Shown: positions 30,301 to 40,038 of the stretch, piece after piece
Position numbering within the stretch: position 1 is the stretch's first letter
Layout: each line of letters starts with the position of its first letter
From: Bacteroidota bacterium
GTDB lineage: Bacteria; Bacteroidota; Bacteroidia; Bacteroidales; GWA2-32-17
Assembly: GCA_037441645.1 (NCBI GenBank)
Contig: JBBIRU010000012.1
Coordinates: 86,863-150,862, forward strand
DNA: 64,000 bases
Reading direction: 5' to 3'
The notes under the pieces: generated by a model
What the model was told of the DNA's origin: nothing
Databases searched by the model: none
What the model saw: the letters and a program-made list of their open reading frames with translations, nothing else
Program-made: the position numbers and the translations under genes

Positions 30301-32873
30301 ACTACAACATCAATCTGACCACGGGGTCCTTCACAGGTTGTTGTCTGGGAAACCCAGTAACTGGTTGTTCCGACTGTTGATGTGGAAGGTGTCGGAGCGG
30401 TACTGCTACCTGTACCACCTGTAGCTACAGTATACCATAAAAGATTTGAACCACTGGCCGTGAGCTGACTTGCAGCAGCATTCTGACAATAATTAACAGG
30501 TGTTGTAACAGATGGCGCAGCAGGTCCGGGGCTTACCGTAACAACCCATTGTTGTGCTGCCCATAAATTATATGCACATTGTCCTGAATATGGTGGCACA
30601 GTAGCCGGTGTTATATAACAGGCATAAGTTGTTGTTGTTGATAAACCAGCCGGAGGATCATAAGTAGGCAGCACGCCCACGGTAACATTTACGTCATCGA
30701 GGATAATATTGGGTCCTGCCGGAAAAACAGGTTTTGTACTGGTCCATCGGAACTGAATATAGTTCAGGGCAGGGCTGAAATTAAAACTTCCCTGATTAAC
30801 ATTACACCCAAGAATATTGCCATTCAAACCTGTATAGTTATTTATTTGAGTCCAGCCGGAGCCGTTCCATGCTTCAAACTTAAGGGAAGAAGTTCCAAAA
30901 GCCAAAGAAGTAGCTCCATAATTAAATGAAATGTTTGTTACAGGGCCGGAATATGTTTGTGTCAGAACCCTGTCGTTTGTGGCATCAAATTCAACAGCAG
31001 GGGCATTGGAACCATAACATGACGAATTTGCGCCTATAGATGTAAACGTCCATCCTGCAGGAACTGTGGGAGCATTTAAAAAGGGTTCATAATATACAGC
31101 ATTGGAACCGCTTGCTCCGGGTATTGCCGTCCAGCCACCGGGCACAGAACTGCCGGTAGGAGCAGATGTGCTTCCATTATATGAATACCATTGATAAGTA
31201 AATGAACCGAAATTTTCATCCGGCAAGGTCGAAAATCCGAATGCTGAAGGATCCCCTCCTGAACAAATTGTTTGTCCGGTATTTTGTACAACTCCCGGAT
31301 CGGGATCGGGTAAGATATGAAAACGTACTTTTGTACAACCTACATTCTGATTACAACCGCGGGTAAATACATCATATTCAATATAAGGGTCTATGCCAGG
31401 ACATAATGCATTTCCTATTATTGCAGCTAAAAGGGCTGTAATGGTAATGGCAGGTGTTTGTGAAGTGATATCGCATGAACTTGTAAATAAATCTGCATTT
31501 GGTATGGCATTTTCGCAGGTAAGGGCAGGTAATACTCCGCAGACAATAATCGGGTTTGTCCAGTTTAAGGAGGATCCTTCGGCCAGGTAATAACTCTGAG
31601 GTGTTAATGTTCCCAATCCTACTTCATCACGACAAATTGAATATGTATTATAATAGATTGTTCTTCCCAATGCATCCGTTCCGTCAGCCACATGTGATTC
31701 AAGATTTCCTATACCGGATAAAAGAATTTCTGTGGGCTGTATATCTCCATAACCTGTTGCAAAGCTATAAACAGGCGATGAAGTTCCTGCTCCCAGGCCA
31801 TTAATGGGTATAATTTTCCAATAATAGGTTGTATTCATATTTAAAGGACCCGGATTATAATATGTATTTGAAATGGTAGCAACCAACGGGGGACTTGCGG
31901 CAGTACCAAAATAAACTTCAAAACTGGTTGGATTTTGTGTTCCTTCATTCCATGACAGTATAGTATTCAGACACTGATTTGTGGAAGCGTTTAACGGGTA
32001 ATTAATAGAAATGACACCAGGAGTACTTCCCGGGGCCGGAGGAGCTGTTCTTGTAAAAGTGATTTTGGAATTAACAGCCGGTAAGGCAGTTAAATTATTT
32101 TGAGGAGCATTGCTGAAAGAGTTTGTATTTGCCGTTTGCTGGGTTATTAACTGGTTTATTGTGGGTGAAGAAGTTATGGAATTTGAATTTAATCCTGAAG
32201 AATATGTGTCATCTACGGAACAGGTATACCCGCTACAACTCCAGGTCGTCTGGGTCATCGTCGGACCATAAAGAAATTCTATGTTCCCGCTGGTTTCGTA
32301 AAGTACAAGCTGAAAATTCAGACTTCCGGGTGTTTCCGTACATGAATTATCGGTACATGATATATCATTATACATATTTGTCCACTGAACTGTAAAAACA
32401 CGGTTCGGGGCAGAACCTGTAGTAGTATAATAAATGCTTGAGTTAAGGGCATTATTACATACCAAATCATTATAATACACGGCAATCGATTTACTTGAAC
32501 CTAGTTTACCGGTCATTGAGAAATTTGTATTATCCCAGGCATAGGGTTCGGGTGTTCCGCATGCAGGCAGGTCAGCCCCATCGGCATTTGTAGCCGTATT
32601 AAAAGTCACAAATCCGTTAAGGCTGATAAACAGGGTAGTATTCAAACCCCCATCGTAAGGAAAACTGAAGGGAATTGTAATAGCCGTACTCATATTATCA
32701 TCCGCATCCGCACCGTTCTTCCACGATGTTACAGCTGTTCCGGAACCGGAAATACTGGTATAAGTTATTCCGGTGGTTCTGGTTACCGTGTATGTATCCA
32801 GACCAATCTGACCAAACGTTGTAAACGTCAGAAACAACATCGAACCGATTAAAAATGATATTATCGTTTTCAT
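27363..32873 (-). CDS. Giant cell-surface repeat protein/adhesin with a type B T9SS (gliding motility-associated) C-terminal domain
   Basis: Signal peptide; about 9 tandem 70-80-aa Ig-like units (A[ND]AG[NT]DQ.IC.G..V.LTATGG.SY.W...TYTVTVTD.N.C); SprB-type repeat (CSTDNNGSIT...GIGQYTATVTDGNGC); C-terminal domain IPSVFSPNNDGKNDKFEI...YNRWDNLLF...WDGKWKGKDMPMGSYLF. Confidence 0.85.
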   Translation of the reverse strand: MKTIISFLIGSMLFLTFTTFGQIGLDTYTVTRTTGITYTSISGSGTAVTSWKNGADADDNMSTAITIPFSFPYDGGLNTTLFISLNGFVTFNTATNADGADLPACGTPEPYAWDNTNFSMTGKLGSSKSIAVYYNDLVCNNALNSSIYYTTTGSAPNRVFTVQWTNMYNDISCTDNSCTETPGSLNFQLVLYETSGNIEFLYGPTMTQTTWSCSGYTCSVDDTYSSGLNSNSITSSPTINQLITQQTANTNSFSNAPQNNLTALPAVNSKITFTRTAPPAPGSTPGVISINYPLNASTNQCLNTILSWNEGTQNPTSFEVYFGTAASPPLVATISNTYYNPGPLNMNTTYYWKIIPINGLGAGTSSPVYSFATGYGDIQPTEILLSGIGNLESHVADGTDALGRTIYYNTYSICRDEVGLGTLTPQSYYLAEGSSLNWTNPIIVCGVLPALTCENAIPNADLFTSSCDITSQTPAITITALLAAIIGNALCPGIDPYIEYDVFTRGCNQNVGCTKVRFHILPDPDPGVVQNTGQTICSGGDPSAFGFSTLPDENFGSFTYQWYSYNGSTSAPTGSSVPGGWTAIPGASGSNAVYYEPFLNAPTVPAGWTFTSIGANSSCYGSNAPAVEFDATNDRVLTQTYSGPVTNISFNYGATSLAFGTSSLKFEAWNGSGWTQINNYTGLNGNILGCNVNQGSFNFSPALNYIQFRWTSTKPVFPAGPNIILDDVNVTVGVLPTYDPPAGLSTTTTYACYITPATVPPYSGQCAYNLWAAQQWVVTVSPGPAAPSVTTPVNYCQNAAASQLTASGSNLLWYTVATGGTGSSTAPTPSTSTVGTTSYWVSQTTTCEGPRGQIDVVVSANATPIFNSYGPYCVGASPASLPASSNNGITGTWSPATIGTGSAGTTTYTFTPTAGLCAITATLDVTVTANATPSFSQLGPYCIGTSPDLLPATSVNGITGTWNPATISTSTGGTSTYTFTPDGSSCAVSATMDITVNSAVANAGNDQTICSGDNVTLTATGGTSYTWSNGVLQSIPFVPSGTGTVTYTVTVTDANSCTATDQVDVIINTLPPADAGTDQMICPGGQVTLTATGGTSYNWDNGVQQGVPFTPASIGTTTYTVTVTDANSCSAIDYVHVTMDNVVANAGSDQIVCYGEPVTLTATGGNTYQWDNGVTQGLPFVPTASNTYSVTVTVASSCTAIDQVVVTVNSLPPASAGNDTIICYGTSANLTATGGVSYLWTTTETTQNISVSPNSTTMYGVIVTGSNGCTASDSLVVTVNNPVANAGNDQSFCEGSSVGLSATGGGTYLWSPSAGLSDPGIYNPTANPTVSTVYVLTVTDGAGCTDVDSILITVNPLPVVLISADTTICQGNSVNLSAQGGVGYLWTPSGSLNNNTISNPVATPSATTTYSVVVTDINGCVASDQVAVTVNNLPVADAGNNAGFCEGGSTQLNASGGSAYLWNPSAGLSSNVISNPLANPTSTTTYTVTVTDLNGCQDSDSVTVTVNSIPAPQITGNLTACQGQTFNYSTTNQSGHTYSWSITGGSPVTATSYVVGITWGNFQTGILYVTEMDATSLCSGNDSAVVVIHETPVASVTASGSTTVCEGTAVALSASGSTGTPPLTYTWDHSLPSGATQTVIPSVTAIYHVTVSNADNCGSVDSIAVNVNALPVILFDSTNAVCSTDNNGSITSTIVSAVQPVAFLWSNGATVTNLSGLGIGQYTATVTDGNGCDMIRTINISSSNSENCLEIPSVFSPNNDGKNDKFEIKHIDYFPGAKMEIYNRWDNLLFKSDNYDNPSNWWDGKWKGKDMPMGSYLFILTLPGRDPIQGIISIIR
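27861..30300 (-). repeat. In-frame tandem Ig-like domain repeats within the adhesin gene
   Basis: Protein-level tandem units, for example ANAGNDQTICSGDNVTLTATGGTSYTWSNG / ADAGTDQMICPGGQVTLTATGGTSYNWDNG / ANAGSDQIVCYGEPVTLTATGGNTYQWDNG, plus two ANATP.F...GPYC.G.SP..LPA.S.NGITGTW.PATI units. Boundaries are approximate. Confidence 0.7.
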
Positions 32874-33084
32874 TGGAATTAATTAATAATTTTAAAAAAG
32901 AAACAACTTTTTCAGGTTACCAAAATTATAAAATAAAAATCAAATCTAAACTTTTAGTAATGAATTTATTTTAACTAAAACGAAACAGAGGGCTACCCCC
33001 TATACCATTTATATTTTTTTCTTTCGGTTATAAAATTTAATTTTATTGGATTGAACTTTGTTTATTACATCATAAACTCTATTT

Positions 33085-34119
33085 ATGAAAAATACCATTC
33101 TTATTTTAGTAGCATTATTACTGCTGTCATCCTGTAAAACCAACCTGGTTTACATGAGCGTAATGGAGCCCTCCCCGGTTTTTCTGTCTAACTCTGTTAA
33201 AAAAATCGGAATTATTAACCGAAGTCTTCCAAAGCAGCAAAACCAGAAAACAGATGATCTGGACAAGATTCTTACCCTTGAAGGAAAAGACCTGGATAAA
33301 GAAGGCGCCGAATCAACCATAAACGGCTTACAGGATGAACTTTTAAAAAACAATCGTTTTGCCGAGATAAAAAAAATCAGCAGGGATGACCTGAGAACTA
33401 CCGGCTCGGGCGTATTCCCTTCGGCCCTGGATTGGAAAATAGTAGAAAAAATATGTGCCGATAACCAGGTAGATGCTATTTTCTCCTTAGAAATGTTTGA
33501 TACCGATGCCAAACTAAGTTATAAAGCTAATCCCATTACAATAAGCACTCCTCTGGGAAATGTACCGGGCATTGAACATGAAGCCAGTCTGCAAACGGTA
33601 ATTAAAACAGGGTGGAGAATCTATGATCCTTTAGGTCATACTATAGTTGATGAGTATCCCATGAATGAAAGTATTACAACTCTTGGTAAAGGAATAAATC
33701 CCGCCAAAGCAGCTGCCGCTCTTACCGGAAGAAAAGATGCAGTTAAAAATGCAGGAATGGTAATGGGACAAAATTATGCCTTCAGAATTATTCCATACTG
33801 GATAAGAGTTTCCCGTGATTATTATGTAAGAGGTAATGATAATTTTAAAATCGCTAAACGCAGGGCTCAAACCGGGAACTGGGACGGCGCTGCCGAATTA
33901 TGGCTGAAAGAAACAACGAACAGCAAAGCAAAGGCGGCTGAACGGGCTTGCTACAACATGGCAATCATTAATGAAATAAACGGAAATCTGGACAAAGCCA
34001 TTGAGTGGGCGCAGAAATCGTACGAAGATTATAACAACAAACTTGCTTTACAATATGTAAATATTCTTAAGAACCGTAAGGCAAGAAATAACGAATTACA
34101 GATACAGCAGACCCAATAA
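33085..34119 (+). CDS. Lipoprotein with a C-terminal TPR-like helical region
   Basis: Lipobox LLLLSSCKTN. The C-terminal region WDGAAELWLKETTNSKAKAAERACYNMAIINEINGNLDKAIEWAQKSYE looks TPR-like. Confidence 0.6.
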   Translation: MKNTILILVALLLLSSCKTNLVYMSVMEPSPVFLSNSVKKIGIINRSLPKQQNQKTDDLDKILTLEGKDLDKEGAESTINGLQDELLKNNRFAEIKKISRDDLRTTGSGVFPSALDWKIVEKICADNQVDAIFSLEMFDTDAKLSYKANPITISTPLGNVPGIEHEASLQTVIKTGWRIYDPLGHTIVDEYPMNESITTLGKGINPAKAAAALTGRKDAVKNAGMVMGQNYAFRIIPYWIRVSRDYYVRGNDNFKIAKRRAQTGNWDGAAELWLKETTNSKAKAAERACYNMAIINEINGNLDKAIEWAQKSYEDYNNKLALQYVNILKNRKARNNELQIQQTQ

Positions 34120-34137
34120 TCTAGAAAAGTAGCAGGT

Positions 34138-35652
34138 TTAAAACTGAAAATAAATAAAAGGCTGAACCTCGCTTGATTTTGCCTGGTAAATAATAATAAA
34201 GACCAAAACTGATATTAAAACTTTAGCCCAGACTGGTGTTTCGATAAACCATCCACGGTATTGTTCTTTAAAACCGGAAGGCAGCCAGTGAATAAAATAG
34301 GCAACCGCTAACAATACAAAAATAATCCAGTATGATCTGACAATTTCAGGTATCAGCAAAAAACCAAATGAACTGAATATCTGTCCGAACATTTCACTTA
34401 TGGTTTTCATATCGTGAGCCCGGAAAAAGATCCATGCCAGGCAAACAATATTAAATGTAACAAAGACTCCTAAAAATCTTATAAAGAAATTTTGCCTGTT
34501 TTTTGCCGGAAAAATAACCAGCCATATTTTATGCAAAGCCAGCCCAACTCCATGTATTGCTCCCCAGATGATAAACCGGAAACTGGCGCCATGCCACAAA
34601 CCTCCGAGTATCATTGTTAACATAAGATTAATATAGGTTCTGATTTTCCCTTTCCGGTTCCCGCCCAATGAAATATACAGGTAATCGCGAAGCCATGTGG
34701 AAAGCGAAATATGCCACCTGCGCCAGAAATCGGTTATGTTTGCCGCTTTATAAGGCGAATTAAAATTAACAGGTAATTTAAATCCCAGCAACAATCCCAC
34801 GCCAATTGCAATATCGGTATAACCGCTGAAGTCGCAATATATCTGGATAGCATATCCATATACGCCCATCAGGTTCTCGAAACCGGTATATGCCATCGGA
34901 TTATCAAAAATCCTGTCAACAAAGTTTATAGAAATATAATCGCTGATAATCATTTTTTTCATTAATCCGTTCAGAATCAGAAAAAGAGCATAACCAAATT
35001 CCCGGTTGGTCAGTGCATATTTCTGGTAAAGTTGCGGAATGAAGTCAGTAGCCCTGACAATGGGGCCAGCCACTAACTGGGGGAAAAAGGTTACAAAAAA
35101 ACTGAAATCAACCAGGCTTTTAACCGGTGCTAATTTATTGCGATAAACATCAATGGTATAGCTTATTGATTGAAATGTATAAAATGAAATTCCTACAGGA
35201 AGTATAATGGTGCTTACATCGAAATGAGTTCCGGCAACAGCATTGGTCCATTCCGACAGAAGGTTCACAACCTTAAAATGAGTTCCCAGTATTTCATTTG
35301 TTGTTTCAACAAAGAAGTATGAATACTTGAAATAAGCCAGAACCAGCATATTGACAAAAATACTGATGGCTATCAATAAAGCTCTGTTTGTTTTTTTATG
35401 TGTTTTACCCAGCCAGATTCCAACAGAATAATCGATTAATATGGTAAATGCCAGCAACGAAAAGAAATATCCTCCGGATTTGTAATAAAAAAAAAGGCTA
35501 AAAATCAACAAATACGCATTTCGTAATGGATTTCTCTTATAAATAAAGGAATAACCAAAAAGACAAACGGCAAAAAATCCCCAGAACAACAGCGTACTAA
35601 AGATCATTGGTTTGTCTTCGTGGTATAGAAATATATTACTTATCCAGTCCAT
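34138..35652 (-). CDS. MBOAT-family membrane O-acyltransferase (AlgI/PatA/DltB-like)
   Basis: Polytopic. Motifs FWRRWHISLSTWLRDYLYISLGGNRKG and GGLWHGASFRFIIWG contain the conserved MBOAT His region. Confidence 0.85.
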   Translation of the reverse strand: MDWISNIFLYHEDKPMIFSTLLFWGFFAVCLFGYSFIYKRNPLRNAYLLIFSLFFYYKSGGYFFSLLAFTILIDYSVGIWLGKTHKKTNRALLIAISIFVNMLVLAYFKYSYFFVETTNEILGTHFKVVNLLSEWTNAVAGTHFDVSTIILPVGISFYTFQSISYTIDVYRNKLAPVKSLVDFSFFVTFFPQLVAGPIVRATDFIPQLYQKYALTNREFGYALFLILNGLMKKMIISDYISINFVDRIFDNPMAYTGFENLMGVYGYAIQIYCDFSGYTDIAIGVGLLLGFKLPVNFNSPYKAANITDFWRRWHISLSTWLRDYLYISLGGNRKGKIRTYINLMLTMILGGLWHGASFRFIIWGAIHGVGLALHKIWLVIFPAKNRQNFFIRFLGVFVTFNIVCLAWIFFRAHDMKTISEMFGQIFSSFGFLLIPEIVRSYWIIFVLLAVAYFIHWLPSGFKEQYRGWFIETPVWAKVLISVLVFIIIYQAKSSEVQPFIYFQF

Positions 35653-36897
35653 TTAATTCATCATTTTTTCAATAAACCGGTCATACGCTTTGAGAAAGGC
35701 TGAGAATAACAAATCACCCTGAATATAATATCCCGTTTTGCTGAAATGAAGTTTATCGTTAGCGGTTAAACCTGCTTTATACCAAAACAACATACTTCCG
35801 TAACCACCCATAATTTCATACAAATTCCAAGCAGCACAGTTTTGTGCCGCAGCCACCCTGAAAATTATTCGTGAAGCAACTGCCACATCGGGATTTTTAT
35901 AACGACGGCGACGGTAATTATCAGAAGGCGTTGTTAAAAGAACAGGAACTCCGGATTTGGCCTGCCTTATTTTTTGAATTAAAACCGTCAGATTTCTTTC
36001 AAAATAAGAAGAATCCCATTTCGCAGAGAAACAATCGTTAGTCCCCAGTGAAACAATTACCAGATCGGGTGAAAGTAAAGAAAGCTGGTATGAGAACAAA
36101 TCACACCGCAAATATGATTCAACCTCAGCTCCATTCACACCTACTGAGTGATATGTTATTCCGGGATCTTCGTTTTCGAGACTGATTCCATACAAGGTAA
36201 ATGAATGCTGAAGCGTATCTGTACACGTTACTGAAATGGTAACAGAGTCGGAATATTTATTTAAAATAAATTCCGAATATCCTAACGAATCATAATCAAT
36301 AAATTCCTGCTTCAGATGATAATCATTCACATTCACATCGTAACTGGATGTGTCCATATTATGAAACACCTTCACTCTGTTAAAATCGTAGGTCGGATAA
36401 TCTTTACTTCGTAAACGGATAAAAATGGTGGCATTTGTGTCATATGTGGTAGCTGAAGCCCCGGCCAATCCTAAAGTACATGTTTTATTGCGTTCAATAT
36501 TTCTGCAACCAACCCAGTTTCCGGTAGAACTTACGTAGAAATTAAAGGGATTATTTGAGTGTATCAGTTTAGCGGGAAAAATAAAACCACGGGAACCTAA
36601 TGCTCCCTGGAAAAATGTCTGAAGCCTCTCACGCATGCGTCCCGAAAAATAATCGGCCTGGATATGGGAATCACCAATGTGCACAATATTGATCTGCCCC
36701 TCGCCTTTCATGATAAGCTTGTTTAGTTTAACAAATAAGCTATCATAACCAGAGCTGTCTTTCGAAAAAATTATTGAATTTAAATCATTCCGGATAAAAC
36801 TGTATCCTGAAATAGTATAGACATCATCCTGGGCAGAAAGCTGTGCAAACCAGAACAGGAAAAAGATAATAACTAACCCAAAACGTCTGTCTTTCAT
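35653..36897 (-). CDS. SGNH/GDSL-family hydrolase or acyltransferase, exported
   Basis: Signal sequence; block I IVHIGDSHIQADYFSG; block III SLGTNDC; block V NDKLHFSKTGY (DxxH). Confidence 0.75.
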   Translation of the reverse strand: MKDRRFGLVIIFFLFWFAQLSAQDDVYTISGYSFIRNDLNSIIFSKDSSGYDSLFVKLNKLIMKGEGQINIVHIGDSHIQADYFSGRMRERLQTFFQGALGSRGFIFPAKLIHSNNPFNFYVSSTGNWVGCRNIERNKTCTLGLAGASATTYDTNATIFIRLRSKDYPTYDFNRVKVFHNMDTSSYDVNVNDYHLKQEFIDYDSLGYSEFILNKYSDSVTISVTCTDTLQHSFTLYGISLENEDPGITYHSVGVNGAEVESYLRCDLFSYQLSLLSPDLVIVSLGTNDCFSAKWDSSYFERNLTVLIQKIRQAKSGVPVLLTTPSDNYRRRRYKNPDVAVASRIIFRVAAAQNCAAWNLYEIMGGYGSMLFWYKAGLTANDKLHFSKTGYYIQGDLLFSAFLKAYDRFIEKMMN

Positions 36898-36904
36898 TCT
36901 GCAA

Positions 36905-38353
36905 CTATGGTTTTGGGTTTTTTAATTTATACTCGTTGTATTCATATACAAGTGCATTATAAAGCATTTCGGAAACAATCCTGGCTCCCCGCGGACTTAG
37001 GTGAGTATAATCTTTGGCAGCCATAGGCGGTTCTGCACCCACCCAACTGGGCATTGAATTCTTCCCGCCCATTGCTTTGTAGAAATCCCAGAAAGCACAA
37101 TTCGCCCTAAAAGCGGCATTCTTCTGAGCATTCCTTATTTTCTCTATATTTGGGTAGGATTCCATACCATTCTCCGTCTTCCTGGACATATCGGAAATTC
37201 CAATAACAATGATCCCCATCTCAGGATGAATTCTTTTCAGCGTGGATAACTGTCCGTAAATCCAGTTTTCATAAAAAGTATAATCATCCTGAACATTTGG
37301 AACAACGTTTACTCCAAATTCAAAAAGCATTAGTTTTACATTTAATTTATCGTAGCTGTCTTTTAACAGCTTAAGGTCTCCCCGGGCAAAATCGGTTCCC
37401 GAACTTCCCCGCAGGGGAATATTATCGAAAGCAAGCCCGGTTTCGCTGTCAAAAGCAAGAGCGTATAAATCGGGACTGTCTTTCCCGGTAAACTTTAATG
37501 TTATTTCCTTGGGAACATAACTGAGTTTAAAAGTAACAATGTTAAGTTCTTCCGAAGGCAGTAGTGTTTCATAGCCCAAAAGCTTATCTCCATCAAACAA
37601 TTCGGCATTTACAGGTTTTTTATTATTACCATACAGAATTTTCAGATTTGTAAAATTGTAACAATTTGCATATGCTGCACTGGCTTTTGATATTTTTATC
37701 GTTCCCTCATATACAATGGTATCGTTGGGAACACTATCATTATAAACGGGAGCAAAACGGCTAAAGCTTAACATTACTCCGTATTTTTTATGCCTGATCT
37801 GTTTATCTACTTTACCAAAAAGAGTATACCGTTTCCAGTCACCTGTATTCTGGATTTTTACGGCTCCATCTATATTATTTACTTCAACCAATGGAATTAG
37901 TCCTCCCCCGGTTCCTCCAAACCTCTGCTGAAAACGGTTTCTTAAAAATCCGGTAATTCGATCTCCTTCCAGTTGACTGTCTCCGTAATGGAGTACCCGA
38001 ATCAAACCATCGTTACGCTGTACTTTTTTAAAAAACGGAAATAATGCCGAATGGATTTCATCAGGAAATTCTAATTGCTGAACCACTTTCACAAGGCTAT
38101 CCACATCCAGGGAATCAATACTAAGCAAAGAATCGTTTTCTGGTATGCTATCCATTTTATTTTCTACATTTTTTATAATGTTAGAAATATCGGCATATTT
38201 AATAGTACTATCCGAAAAAATACCCGAAAGAGTGGGATATTTTAAAGAATAATTCCCCCACAAGGGAATTCCGCCTTTAGGAGTAGCCCATGCAATAAGA
38301 CTTAAAATCCCAAAAACAATTAGCAGAAAGAGAAGTGATTTGATTGGCTTCAT
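36905..38353 (-). CDS. SGNH/GDSL-family hydrolase or acyltransferase, exported (second paralog)
   Basis: N-terminal anchor; block I VLHYGDSQLEGDRITG; block V KDYTHLSPRG (DxxH). Confidence 0.7.
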   Translation of the reverse strand: MKPIKSLLFLLIVFGILSLIAWATPKGGIPLWGNYSLKYPTLSGIFSDSTIKYADISNIIKNVENKMDSIPENDSLLSIDSLDVDSLVKVVQQLEFPDEIHSALFPFFKKVQRNDGLIRVLHYGDSQLEGDRITGFLRNRFQQRFGGTGGGLIPLVEVNNIDGAVKIQNTGDWKRYTLFGKVDKQIRHKKYGVMLSFSRFAPVYNDSVPNDTIVYEGTIKISKASAAYANCYNFTNLKILYGNNKKPVNAELFDGDKLLGYETLLPSEELNIVTFKLSYVPKEITLKFTGKDSPDLYALAFDSETGLAFDNIPLRGSSGTDFARGDLKLLKDSYDKLNVKLMLFEFGVNVVPNVQDDYTFYENWIYGQLSTLKRIHPEMGIIVIGISDMSRKTENGMESYPNIEKIRNAQKNAAFRANCAFWDFYKAMGGKNSMPSWVGAEPPMAAKDYTHLSPRGARIVSEMLYNALVYEYNEYKLKNPKP

Positions 38354-38377
38354 ACAAAGATGATTACCCGTTTTCTT

Positions 38378-39925
38378 CTATTTTTTTATTTTTAATTTCT
38401 GACCCACTTTAAGGCTTTTGGAATTGGTAATCCCGTTCCATTTCATAATATCCTCTGCCGTCACGCCGGGGTATTTTTTTGATATCGACCAGAAATTATC
38501 ACCCGAACGGACTGTATAATAAATCCATTTGCCATCGGAGGATGTCGTGGTGTTCTGATTTGCACCCGTATTGTTCTGTATATTGTTTTTATTCAAAGTG
38601 TGTTTTTGATATTTATCCGCTTTGTCACCGGAGACATATATATTCAGCTTTTGCCCGGCTATGAGGCGGTTTTTCCTGATATGGTTCCATGATTTGATAT
38701 CCGAAACAGTTACCCCGAACTTATTGGCAATCCCTCCAAAGGTATCACCGCTTCTGATGGAATAAACTATACGCACATCTCCCGAAGAATTTCCTTTATT
38801 TTCGACCTGGTTGTTTCCACCCGGTGAACCGTACTGTGTCGGACGGATCGTTCCGAAAAACAAGGAATCTTTATAATTAAAAATCGAATCTTTTAAAATA
38901 ATAAACTGGGTAATATATTCGGCTGGTAACATTAAGGGATAGGGTTCGAAGTTTGCCGGAATAATATCTTTTTTATATTGCGGATTTAAATCCTTCAGCT
39001 TTTGTAGCGGAATCTGAAGAACATCTGCCACTTGCTGTAAATGAAGTTCACTGGTAATAATTATTGTATCTGTTGCTACCGGCATTTCAATCTTCCGGGG
39101 AATCATCTTGTGCTCCTTGTAATTGGTCATAGCATAGGCAGCTGCAATAAAGGCCGGAACATATCCTCTTGTTTCGCGGGGCAGGCGATCATAAATTCCC
39201 CAATACGTTGTTTTTCCGGTTCTTTTAATGGCTTTATTAATATTTCCAGGGCCACAGTTATAAGCTGCAATTACCAGCTGCCAGTCATGATAAATATCAT
39301 AAAGATCGCGTAAGTAACGGGCGGCGGCATCGGAAGCCTTTACCGGGTCCTGTCGTTCATCAACAAAAGTACTGACATTTAATTTGTATAATTTTCCGGT
39401 TGTGTACATAAACTGCCATAATCCCGATGCCCCTGCCCGGCTGATAGCACGGGGATTCAGCGCCGATTCTATAATAGGCAGGAATTTAAGTTCAAGGGGA
39501 AGACCATATTTATCAAGAGCCTCTTCAAATATCGGGAAATAATATTCGCTCATTCCCAGCATAACTTCCACCTGTTTTCTTCTTTTTATTGCATAAAACT
39601 CAATGAATTTCTGGACAATATCATTATATGTCATTTCGATATAGGTATTCATATGAGAAAGAAGCTCTTTATATATTTCCGGGGTAAATTGCGGAAGACC
39701 GGCAGTATCGGGTAAATTATTAAACTGGCTGCTATCCTGTGTATTCCCGTTTAAAGATGCCTGAACATACCATAGTGTGAGCATACTGTCGAGATTACGT
39801 GAAAAATCCTGGTAATCAATATCGGTATTTACTACTACTGTGCTGTCGTCTGTTTCTGTCTGAGAAAAAGCAGGAATACAGGTTATTAATAAAAACAATA
39901 ATATAACAATGTATACTTTTCGCAT
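38378..39925 (-). CDS. Lytic transglycosylase (SLT domain, MltD-like) with two C-terminal LysM domains
   Basis: SLT catalytic motif IIESALNPRAISRAGASGLWQFMYTTG...AAYNCGPGN. LysM repeats YSIRSGDTFGGIANKFGVTVSDIKSWNHI and YTVRSGDNFWSISKKYPGVTAEDIMKWNGI. Confidence 0.85.
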   Translation of the reverse strand: MRKVYIVILLFLLITCIPAFSQTETDDSTVVVNTDIDYQDFSRNLDSMLTLWYVQASLNGNTQDSSQFNNLPDTAGLPQFTPEIYKELLSHMNTYIEMTYNDIVQKFIEFYAIKRRKQVEVMLGMSEYYFPIFEEALDKYGLPLELKFLPIIESALNPRAISRAGASGLWQFMYTTGKLYKLNVSTFVDERQDPVKASDAAARYLRDLYDIYHDWQLVIAAYNCGPGNINKAIKRTGKTTYWGIYDRLPRETRGYVPAFIAAAYAMTNYKEHKMIPRKIEMPVATDTIIITSELHLQQVADVLQIPLQKLKDLNPQYKKDIIPANFEPYPLMLPAEYITQFIILKDSIFNYKDSLFFGTIRPTQYGSPGGNNQVENKGNSSGDVRIVYSIRSGDTFGGIANKFGVTVSDIKSWNHIRKNRLIAGQKLNIYVSGDKADKYQKHTLNKNNIQNNTGANQNTTTSSDGKWIYYTVRSGDNFWSISKKYPGVTAEDIMKWNGITNSKSLKVGQKLKIKK

Positions 39926-40038
39926 TCTTATTCTATTTTTTTCTTATAGTTCATTGAAAAATTAATCTGTAAAGATGTGTAAAAAAATAAATTTTTCCGC
40001 TTAAACTAAAAAAGGAAACATAATTTAACGTATCCTTT

